Shown here: positions 13,211-23,840 of the stretch, piece by piece | How the letters are laid out: every line of letters starts with the position of its first letter | How positions within the stretch are numbered: position 1 is the first letter of the stretch | DNA from: Paraspadella gotoi | Taxonomy: Eukaryota; Animalia; Chaetognatha | Assembly (NCBI GenBank): GCA_051294375.1 | Contig: CM119269.1 | Location: 21,843,167 to 21,907,166 of the forward strand | Direction: 5' to 3' | Length of the DNA stretch: 64,000 bases | Made by a program: the position numbers and the translations under genes | Notes under the pieces: model-generated | What the model was told of the DNA's origin: nothing | Databases searched by the model: none | The model's input: the letters and a program-made list of their open reading frames with translations, nothing else

Positions 13211-14250
13211 CTTCAATGACATAGCAGGTCCCTGCAAGCTTATTCGTTTAAGACTGCATAGATAAAAAATTAGAAAAAACAATTTGCATATTTGAAACTG
13301 GAGAACGACGGGCTGTGCTTAGATTCATCTTTTTATTTGGCTTGTGGGATTTATACAGATTTATTTGTGGAGGTTGCATAGAAGATTAGATATTGTCAAC
13401 AAATAGTATGGAACAAGGGATAAAAGAAATGTGATAAATTATAATACGTAAAGGATTGTTTATTACCAGAAAGTTACATCAATACCTAAGGATAGGGATT
13501 GGCTTTCAAGAAGAAAAGAATATTAAAACAATTGGAAAATAGAAATATTTTGCGGCAAAGAATATTGGGAAGTTCTTTTGATTCGTTTTGTTGTGAGATT
13601 AGTAAAGATAATTTGTTTTTTTATTTCGACAATGATTTATTTAATATAACATAAATAAAATCTTGTCAAATAAAAAACAAATTCTCTTTACGAGGACAAG
13701 AAATAAGAGAAAAGTCAGAAGTGAAAGAGGAGGAAAGATGGAGAAAAAATGAGACATGAAACATGGAAGATAAGAAAAAAAGGTAGGTTACTTAAGTCAT
13801 TTTATCATTTCCGAATCCATAGTGAGCGTAAATGGTCTCACTCACTTGCAGAAACAATTGTGATTTTTTATGTTGTGAAATGCTCCAATTTCACACGATA
13901 TCTTTTCAAACAAAAACGATTATGCAAATGAGGTTTTAACGAGGCTTTTATTTAGTTTTAAACAAGTGATCAATGCAGTATTCAATTCAGAAGAATGCCC
14001 AAAAATTAACTTTCTTTTCTGTCTTTACTTTCTCGCTGCAGTCGTAGACCCACCTCGCAAAATCCCGCCCCACTTGCGCCTTACCTCTACTTTCCACTCT
14101 CTGCCTTACCTCTTACCCTTACCCCTTACCCTTTTCTCCCTTCCGCAATCTCCCTTCCTCACTCTAAGAAATTCTGAGCCCCAACAAAACACATTTCTCC
14201 CCCTGATATTATTGTTTGCAGAGCCTCTGAGCGACGATTGACCTTTAAAT

Positions 14251-14304
<54 letters not shown>

Positions 14305-16389
14305 TCTCTCTCGCTCTCGCTCTCCCTGCGATTTCGAAGGAGTGGGTGAGGAAGAGGAGAGAGAGAGAAGAGAGAGAGAGAGGAGAGAAGAGAGAGAGAT
14401 TGATTTTGACAGAAAACAACAAATAAATATGTAGCTCACCGGAACACGCGGGAGGGAGTACTGAAAGTGGTACATTAAAGTGAGGCGGAAATAAATGTTT
14501 TGAGGTCGGAGAGGGGCTGGTTTGAGGAGGAAGAAAAACCTTGTGAGGGCGTGAGAGGAGCGGCAGGAGATGTGAGTGTGTGGGAATTAATAATCGGCGG
14601 ATCGGGAGTGAGTTCGATTGTTTAAAGGACGAAAAATCGTGGGAGAGGAAAAGAAAAGGTCGAGGAGTGTAGGAGGGAAGTGTAAGTGAGGAAAGAATGG
14701 ATGGGAAGGGATAAAGGCCCACAGAGAAGAGGGAGAAGGAGAGAGAGAGGGGGGATGAACTGAGAGAGAGAGAGAGGAAGAAGGAGAGAGAGTGGGGTGG
14801 AGAGAGAAAAACAGAAAAGGACATCCCTTGTCGGTAAATGAGAGAGAAAGACGGAAAAATCTATTTATACTCGGATCCAATAAAAATAAGATTGAAAGGG
14901 AAGAAGAAGATCTCGAATTAGGAAGGAGAAATGTGAAGAAATAAAAAGGAAGGAGAAGAAGAAGAAAGATAAAACGGAAGGAGATATGAAATGAAAAAGA
15001 AAAAGAAAAGAAAAATCGATAATTTGGGGGGAAAAAAAGATAAAAAGTTTAAAAAAAAAAAGATAAAATTTTTAAAATAAAAAGTAAAACTTGAAAAGGT
15101 TTTAAGAAGGTTTTAAGAAAATAAAAAAACTTAAGAGTATTAATGGTTACATTCAGTTATTATAAAAAATTAGGATTAATTGAACAATTTCTTTTTTTTA
15201 AATTGAGGCGAAAAACAATACAACTATACCATAAGTAAAAATTTTATACCGGCATGTATTACGTAATTACAAATNNNNNNNNNNNNNNNNNNNNNNNNNN
15301 NNNNNNNNNNNNNNNNNNNNNNNNNNNNNNNNNNNNNNNNNNNNNNNNNNNNNNNNNNNNNNNNNNNNNNNNNNNNNNNNNNNNNNNNNNNNNNNNNNNN
15401 NNNNNNNNNNNNNNNNNNNNNNNNNNNNNNNNNNNNNNNNNNNNNNNNNNNNNNNNNNNNNNNNNNNNNNNNNNNNNNNNNNNNNNNNNNNNNNNNNNNN
15501 NNNNNNNNNNNNNNNNNNNNNNNNNNNNNNNNNNNNNNNNNNNNNNNNNNNNNNNNNNNNNNNNNNNNNNNNNNNNNNNNNNNNNNNNNNNNNNNNNNNN
15601 NNNNNNNNNNNNNNNNNNNNNNNNNNNNNNNNNNNNNNNNNNNNNNNNNNNNNNNNNNNNNNNNNNNNNNNNNNNNNNNNNNNNNNNNNNNNNNNNNNNN
15701 NNNNNNNNNNNNNNNNNNNNNNNNNNNNNNNNNNNNNNNNNNNNNNNNNNNNNNNNNNNNNNNNNNNNNNNNNNNNNNNNNNNNNNNNNNNNNNNNNNNN
15801 NNNNNNNNNNNNNNNNNNNNNNNNNNNNNNNNNNNNNNNNNCAATAATTACATCCTTACGAGACATCGAAAAGATTCTAACTATTATTATTTATTATAAC
15901 TATTATATTATTATTATTATTATTATTATTATTACATTATTATTATTTATTTTATTATTATTATTATTTTTTATTATAAAAAGTAGCTATCGGATTTTAT
16001 CATCTTAAATAAGCTTATATTTTTTCGCGATTCTATTCAAAAAAATAACTTTTGAGATAGAAGGTAATTTAAAAGTCGAGCTGGCTCCAGCTGCTGCTGC
16101 TTACGTTAGCTTCTACCGCTTGCTGTTCCTTACCCCCGGATAATGCATCAGGTGAACAAAACTCCTGGTTTTCTCATATCACCAAAGGAATCTTTGAATA
16201 TCGCGAAATGATTCAAAGAAAAAGGAAAAACTAAGGAAAAAAAGGGCGGGAAACTACAGGAAAGAGAAAGAAAGGAAAGAAGATTAGAAGAAAGATTGAA
16301 ATAAGCAAAGAAAGGTTAAGAAAGATAGACGGAGAGAAAGAAAGATAAAAAGAATGTAATCTCTCTCTTTTGTTTTTTTGAGCCTCTCT

Positions 16390-16545
16390 GTCGCAGTGAA
16401 GGGGCAGTCGGGGGCAAATGGAGCCAACGGGCGGGCCTTGCTGCCGTTGCCGTTGCCATGGGAACGAATTCGTTGCTAAGGCAGGAGCCGCGGGACGCCA
16501 AACAATCCGAATGTGGCGCCGTCTCCAAGATGGCGCCGGCGTGGA
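16390..16545. promoter_or_regulatory. CpG-rich island with RFX X-box and YY1-like motif (inverted copy ~5160-5335)
   Basis: GTTGCCATGGGAAC at 16452-16465 (reverse complement GTTCCCATGGCAAC fits GTYNCYATRGNAAC) and CAAGATGGCGCC at 16526-16537. Motif evidence only. Confidence 0.35.
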
Positions 16546-17639
16546 TGAAAAAAAAAAGAAGAGACAAACGCGCCGGAAAAAAATGGGGCGTTATTACTAT
16601 ATAAATATATAATTGGAACTAAAGGGGGAAGATCATTCGGCGAATTTAATTGAGAGCGAATAAAAGTTGACGAATAGCGATGAAACGTGNNNNNNNNNNN
16701 NNNNNNNNNNNNNNNNNNNNNNNNNNNNNNNNNNNNNNNNNNNNNNNNNNNNNNNNNNNNNNNNNNNNNNNNNNNNNNNNNNNNNNNNNNNNNNNNNNNN
16801 NNNNNNNNNNNNNNNNNNNNNNNNNNNNNNNNNNNNNNNNNNNNNNNNNNNNNNNNNNNNNNNNNNNNNNNNNNNNNNNNNNNNNNNNNNNNNNNNNNNN
16901 NNNNNNNNNNNNNNNNNNNNNNNNNNNNNNNNNNNNNNNNNNNNNNNNNNNNNNNNNNNNNNNNNNNNNNNNNNNNNNNNNNNNNNNNNNNNNNNNNNNN
17001 NNNNNNNNNNGGAGCATTTTCTCTTCCCGACGGGCGGCCTCGTGTTCGCGCCCCATTTGTGTCGTTGCTACGTAATAAAGGGATCTCTATTTCTGAATCA
17101 ATAAAGTAACGATCGATTAAACTATGTCCATTGTCCAACGCGTCGATTTTGTTTAATAAGTTTTTGTTTTCTTAAAAACTTTGGATTCCGACTTTCATTC
17201 TGAATGGATTTATCAAGTGTCCGAGAGAGAAGAGGGGGTGACCAGTCCCTTCTGAGAAAAGGGGGTGTCCAGTCCCTTCTGAGAAGAGGGGGTGACCAGT
17301 CCCATCTGAAAATGTCTTTTGCCCCCGCACTAAGAACAAGCTGTGGCCCACATCGTCATTACGGTAATGATGTCGGAACAAACAGTTCCAGCGGGTTGAT
17401 GTTGACTCACTACATCATCCGCAAAAAGAAACCTTATTCTTATTTNNNNNNNNNNNNNNNNNNNNNNNNNNNNNNNNNNNNNNNNNNNNNNNNNNNNNNN
17501 NNNNNNNNNNNNNNNNNNNNNNNNNNNNNNNNNNNNNNNNNNNNNNNNNNNNNNNNNNNNNNNNNNNNNNNNNNNNNNNNNNNNNNNNNNNNNNNNNNNN
17601 NNNNNNNNNNNNNNNNNNNNNNNTTTTTTTTTTTTGCAG

Positions 17640-18023
17640 CGGATGACATCTATCGGGGCAATTTCAGCGGGAGCGCCATCTTGTGCCAGATATGAAAATC
17701 AAAATTCGACGCCCTAGAAAAGAAGGGAAAAACTCTCACCTTCGGGGAATGGGAAGAGGAAAGGCTATTCGTCCCCGAGGGGAAGGAAGTTCACTTTTAT
17801 AAGAACCTGGTTATGAGAGCGAAAGAGGTTAGACCCGGGGGAGACTTAAAAAAGGGGACAGAAATACAGATATACATTTCGAAAGCCAGAGTTATTTTGC
17901 TTCACACTGTGAACTGCAGTGTGAGGTGTGCGGTGTGCATTGAGGGATGTCCAATGTGCGTATTACAGAGGGTAGGAATTCGGAAAACCCAATGCGAAGA
18001 GAAGTGAAAGTCAAAATACTTTG
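17640..18023 (+). CDS. Candidate internal exon of an unidentified host gene (inverted copy ~3614-4048)
   Basis: Poly-T GCAG acceptor and TTG|GTAAGG donor, 384 nt apart. About 100 open codons at 17696-18004 (KFDALEKKGKTLTFGEWEEERLFVPEGKEVHFYKNLVMRAKEV...). Needs frameshift correction near both ends. Confidence 0.4.
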
Positions 18024-20339
18024 GTAAGGGTTCACTTTTTAAGATTATTTTTTTTGTGAAAGTAATAACGGCCTTTATACATCGTAACCTGTCTAAAGCA
18101 ATTAATACATTATTATAATTATATTATTAATGACATCTAATATACAACATTTTTAATTTTAAAAAATCCAAATTTTTAAAATTATGTGCAATTAAGTAAA
18201 AACTTCCTCCTGACACAATTTTTCTCCCAAATGTGAAACTGTTTTAGATCGGTGAATTCACACATCGAACTGCAAACTATCATCGTGATTCTCGGCGACT
18301 CTTTCCCTCTCTCTCTCTCTGTCTCTCTCTCTCTCTCCCTCTCCCTTTTTTCTTTTAATTAAAGGAGGCAGCAGCGAATGGAGTCTCGATTCCTCAGTCG
18401 TTTCTCGGAAATTAAGGGAGCAGTTAAGGGGACGAATTAGATCCGAGGTTTGAGACGGGAGTGGTCGTGTGGGTAGTTTAGACATTGTGGGGGTGATTGA
18501 GGGGTTGTGGTGGTGTTTATAGGGTGGTTGTGGTGGAAAGGGTGGTTAAGAGACTTTGGAAGTGGTGTTGTNNNNNNNNNNNNNNNNNNNNNNNNNNNNN
18601 NNNNNNNNNNNNNNNNNNNNNNNNNNNNNNNNNNNNNNNNNNNNNNNNNNNNNNNNNNNNNNNNNNNNNNNNNNNNNNNNNNNNNNNNNNNNNNNNNNNN
18701 NNNNNNNNNNNNNNNNNNNNNNNNNNNNNNNNNNNNNNNNNNNNNNNNNNNNNNNNNNNNNNNNNNNNNNNNNNNNNNNNNNNNNNNNNNNNNNNNNNNN
18801 NNNNNNNAAAGAAAAGACTGAAAAGAGGAAAGAGAATTTAAGGTTTGATTAAAAACGAAAAGCGATGAAAGAAATTGAGGAGGAAATGGAGGAAAGGAAA
18901 TAGGAAATTGAGAAGNNNNNNNNNNNNNNNNNNNNNNNNNNNNNNNNNNNNNNNNNNNNNNNNNNNNNNNNNNNNNNNNNNNNNNNNNNNNNNNNNNNNN
19001 NNNNNNNNNNNNNNNNNNNNNNNNNNNNNNNNNNNNNNNNNNNNNNNNNNNNNNNNNNNNNNNNNNNNNNNNNNNNNNNNNNNNNNNNNNNNNNNNNNNN
19101 NNNNNNNNNNNNNNNNNNNNNNNNNGGAGAAGAAGGAAATGGAGGAAAGGAAATAGGAAATTGAGAAGGAGGAAGGAGGAAATGGAGGAAAGGAAATAGG
19201 AAATTGAGGAGGAAGGAGGAAATTGAGGAAAGGAAATAGGAAATTGAGAAGGAGATAGGAAACATAAGAGATGAGATAGGAAATAGAAAATGAGGTAGGT
19301 GATAGAAGAAATAGGAAATAAGATTCATGAAGTAGAAATTTAGGCAGGTGAGATAGGAAAGAGCAATCGTGGGAGATGAGAAAGAAAATAGAAGAGAAGA
19401 GAAAGAAGATAGGAAATAAAAATAATGAAAGAAGAAAATAAAAATAAAAATTAATTGAAAAATATCCATTAAAATTAAAACTCGAACGATGAGAGAGAGA
19501 GAATGATAGAGAGAGAGTCGAGTACGTTTGAGAAACACAAATATAAAACCCCAGGAGGGGAACCCCATGAAATCCCATCTCAACCCCAAAGAACGGCGCG
19601 AAAATTGCCTTGGATGGTCGCAAGCAAATTCTTTCAAATTACCTACTTTCACTTTTCTCTCTTCCTAAAATCTTATTTTTCTGATCCTACCTTTCGTTTT
19701 TCGCTCCTATTTTTTCTCTTTCTGCTCCATTATTATTTTATAATCGATCCCGCAAGTATTTCGCTCCATCCTTACTTTTTTCTTAGGCTCCTATTATTCC
19801 TTTTTTCTCCTTTACAAATTTCGCCATCTTGTATTTTCTTCTAGCTCAATTTATGCTCCTATTTACTATTTCGCTCCTGGCTTTTGTAAATCTCTTTATA
19901 TCTAATAATTTGCTTCTGTCTTTTAACTCTCACTCTCTCTCTTTCNNNNNNNNNNNNNNNNNNNNNNNNNACACATCTCTCATCTCTCTCACACTCGTCA
20001 TTTGCTTCCCTCTCATCATCGTCGCTCTTCTCTCTCTCTCTCTCTCATCTGCCGTTTCTCATCCATTCTCGCTAGATTCTGCTTCGCATCAGTCGATGAG
20101 TCCTCAATTCTTGGCTCTGCTTGCGATCTTTTCCTTCTTCGTTGCGTCGCCTCCACCTCTCTCTCAGTCATCTCTGCATCCACGCGTCTTTCTTTTCTTT
20201 CTACTCTCTCTCTCTTTCTTTTGCTCATCTCTCTTGCTCTCGTTCTCGTAGTGCACCTTGCTTCTCAGGCTCTGCATCATAGATGTTCGTCGTCAATCTC
20301 TCATCGTCCGCCTCTCCTCTGCTCGATCTTCATTCCCTG

Positions 20340-23300
20340 ATTGGGTGAGTCCCGTTGCTCCTCGTCTCCGCTCAGCCAATGATGGACGTACGTGGCCATA
20401 CAGCCTGGCGGTCAAACAACATCTTCGATGCTTCCTCCTCGAAGAGTTTCTGTCCGCAGCCACCTTGACACACTCCAAACTTTTCCTGCAAACACGACAA
20501 GGGCATGGAGTTTTCATGCACATTCGCTACGAAGGCGCATCCTGTCTTTTCGCAGAGCTCGTCGCTGTCGCCGAGAAGCTCGCGCGGCAGTCAATAGGTG
20601 AGATATCGAGGAGCTTTCTCAACGCCTTGGCATTGTGCGACCGTTTCCCTCTGAATGCCAGACGCCAGGGGCGTAGCGCGCGCGAGTTTGCGCTCCACCG
20701 GAGTCCTTTTAGTGTCGCGAGATACCGCATGATGGGTGTCGCGTCGCGCTGCGGTGACTACACCCGCCGGCCGTCAATGCCCTAAGCAAGAGGATGATCG
20801 CTATCCAGTAAAGCATCTCCACGACTATCTCCGGGCGCCGAAACCTCAAGCGGGGAATGTCCGGTCTCAGGACAAGCGCAAGAGTCGACACAAATCTCGT
20901 CCACGGGCTTAGGTTCAAAGTCAAAGGTGCTGTCGCTGATGAGGATGTTCCACAACGCACGGACCCATTGCTAAATACGACTCGGTGTTCCTAAGAAGGA
21001 GGGAGTCCATTTGAATATGCTGAGGATGCCATATGGAGAGGTCTCAAAAGGCTGCCACAGAGCCCTTTCCAAGAAGTCTAATGGACTCAGTTTGCGCTCT
21101 CCAAATAAGATTGGCCTGTCGCTAAGGGTGAATGTCTAACCTTGAATTGCCATGCCACTTGTCGAGCCTATTTTAGCGCGAATTGAGAATCAAGTACCAG
21201 CAGCACCTGGCACAGATCTTGCAAGACTCTTTGACCGCTCTGGATGGTAACATGGACGATCAATCATAATTCTTTGAAACGAGAAGAAGTGCGTTCTTGG
21301 CGCCGAGCTTCTCTATTGACTTCTATAGAGGCCGCAAAGGATTGAGCTCGTCGGTGGCGTCACATTGTGAACGATGTAAGGTCTTAAATGTAATAGCCCT
21401 CTGAACGTGAAATAGAAGAAAAATAGACACCGCATGTGCCCGGACTGAACAAGGTGGGCGGTCACATGACTCTCGCTAAAATTCGAACTGAACTTTAACG
21501 TGCGCGCGTTTCCGCCTAAATGCCATATGAGCGATCAATGGGTAAACTCCAACGTTTACTAGAGCATTGGTCAAGAAGGTTTTCTTATCCGGAGATTAAG
21601 GTATGCTTGATACCAGCATATGTCTTGCATTGACATACGGCGCTTACTTTTTTGTTGGACACCTCTATATCGAAGGTGTAAAAGCACGTCAGCCAAGAAT
21701 AATGTTTGAGTATGAATGGACCGTCAGAAATGAAACAGCTATAAAAGATGCATTGTTTAGAGAGAAACCAAAGAAGCCCTCGGCATCTAGCTTATCTAGT
21801 ATTGCTTTGAGTCCATAAACTCCGCGTTTCTGGGCGCCGTGACGGCGCTTGACCGTTGACGCTTCTGATGTCGCGGATCGGAGGAGTTTTTGGAAGCAAC
21901 TATGTCAATGGATCCTGGCGGCCAACTTCGCCTTTTTCTCGAAGCCTGCTACAGGCTGACAATGAGAAGGAAGTACTCTCCATTTGACCGGGAGTTGCTG
22001 GCAGGCTACCTTGCATCCCGCCACGTTCCGATACTGTCCTGGAGGGGCGCCCCTTCACTGCTCTTTATACGGACGTCCAACGTCAGTCTTGTTCCTTCTC
22101 TGCACAGAAGACGATTCCCGCTCAAACAGCCAGGCAGCCAACGGCAGCTGGCTGCTATCTCTGAATTCACACACGGATGTTCGCCATGTCCTGCTGGAAC
22201 TAAGAAGCATTGTTGCGGATACCGGCTCTCGCAGGGTGGTCATGCCCTGACAGCCGTTGATGCTGTCAGGCTTGGCGACGGGGCAATCTCAACTTTGGCC
22301 AACGACTCGAAGCTCAAGCAAAAGAAGAGGATCAGACATCCGCCCGTTTTTTGCGGGCAATTGCATCGACGACTTCTCTTGCGCGACTGTCAGATGGCCA
22401 TTCTTGATGGCAGCCGCAAGTCATGTGTGGACATTGCCACCTGGCGGTTGGCACGGACCACTGGTTTCCCAACGAGAACTTGGCGCCAGGCATCGTCTTT
22501 GATGCGATCCACAGTCTTTCTCAATCGGCGTTGCGTCAAAAGCAACCAAAGCAGCTTGTTTGAAGCATTTTGTCTGGCCCCGGTGCGGCCAAGGACGAGC
22601 CAGCTGGGCACGTTCCTGCATCACCTGCCAACATGGCAAAGGTGCGGACTCATGCCTTCAGGCACCTCTGGAGGTTTTCAAGCCGCGCACAAGGAAGATT
22701 TCAACATGTCCATGTCGACGCTCAGGTTGGGATCCACTTCCAGCCTCAAGAGGTTACAGCCCACCCTCCTCACACGTTGTCGACGGCGCTTCAGTCGGAT
22801 GGCCAGAAGGCAGTCCCGATCTCAGACATCTCAGCCAGCAACGGTCGCTAAGCGCGCTTTTTCGGCTTCGTGGTTGGGTTGCCACGCTTAATGGCGCCCC
22901 CACTGTGAGATTACTTCTTGATCGTGGAAAGCAATTCATGCTTCAAGATAATCTGGCGTCAATTGGCGTCAAACCCTTGCGGCCAATCCTTCAATCATAC
23001 CAGCCGCTTAGCCATCCTCAAAGGCCAATGAATGGTTTTGGAACACGAGTTCCATCGTGACCTCAAGGCGTCTCTACGCGCAAAAAATTGGTGCGGCGCT
23101 CACCTGGTCGACCGGAACTTCGCCCGGCAATCCTCCTAGGATCATCTTCGCTCAGTGTTCCGTCAAGACTGGGTGCCTCCCCATCGGCCGGAAGCATAAG
23201 TCTAAGCGGCGAGAGATCGCGATGCCAGCTGGAGTTCCAACGCGAGAGGAACACTTGGCGCCGCCCAGAGATAACGACCTCCTTCGCGCTCATTCGGGCG

Positions 23301-23840
23301 AGACAGCGGCGCTTTGACCTAATCCGAAGGCACGCGCCATTCGAGAACTACACAATGCGATGGCCAATTCCTGAAGGTCTTCACGAGGCGGCGGTTTGTG
23401 CCCATTTTTTTTTTTTTTGATTTTTTTTTGTGCGCCAGGACGCTCGACACGGGGACCGCTGGCAGACAGTCTAACAACGGCGCATTGTCCGTGTTCTCAG
23501 AACCGTAATGCCAAGTATTTCGCGTCTGGACTTTGGCGGCGAATGCCGACGAAGGTTTCCCCATTGACAGGCTCAAGCCCGCTTCGTCGAGGACAACATA
23601 TATCCGACGGTGCCCGGCTCAGCCGGCCGGCCCCGAGGCCGGCACGGGCCGCGCAGTGCCTGGCCAGTTCAGCTTCGCCAATCCTCCCAGTGCCATCGGC
23701 GATTCCATTGAGTTGCTGCAGCTCAATGCCCTTTGGGGCGACACGGCAACTAACCAGAACCGGAACGCGCCCTCGAGCCTCTTCGATATAGAGAGCGAGA
23801 ACTCTATCTCCTCCGTGACGTCGTATCTGGGGGGCGCATG
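20340..23840 (+). mobile_element. Ty3/Gypsy LTR retrotransposon gag-pol, CsRn1-clade-like, multiply frameshifted
   Basis: Gag C-terminal 'KLFLQ...LVAVAEKL'. RT/connection 'FVGH', 'EWT..E.A.K.AL'. RNase H 'LTVDASDV' (21849-21872), 'AFFSK', 'KYSPFDRELLAGYLASRH', 'QRQLAAISEFT', 'DVRHV....IVAD'. Integrase 'HFVWP....WARSCITCQ', 'RFQHVHVD', 'WPE/AVPISDISA', 'DRGKQF', 'ILLG', 'IDRLKPA'. G-rich PPT at 23829-23834 followed by TG at 23839. Order RT-RH-INT. The YxDD motif and LTR pair are not legible. Confidence 0.9.

Noticed and set aside
15224-17109. Long ORFs spanning X runs (also 53232-55284)
   Set aside because: Artefacts of translating N gaps.
20341-20356. TGGGTGAGTCCCG as a tRNA-Trp primer-binding site
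   Set aside because: It lies only ~140 nt before Gag C-terminal motifs and reads better as the Gag LG(D/E)xxPS motif. No upstream LTR matching 23839 onward is visible.
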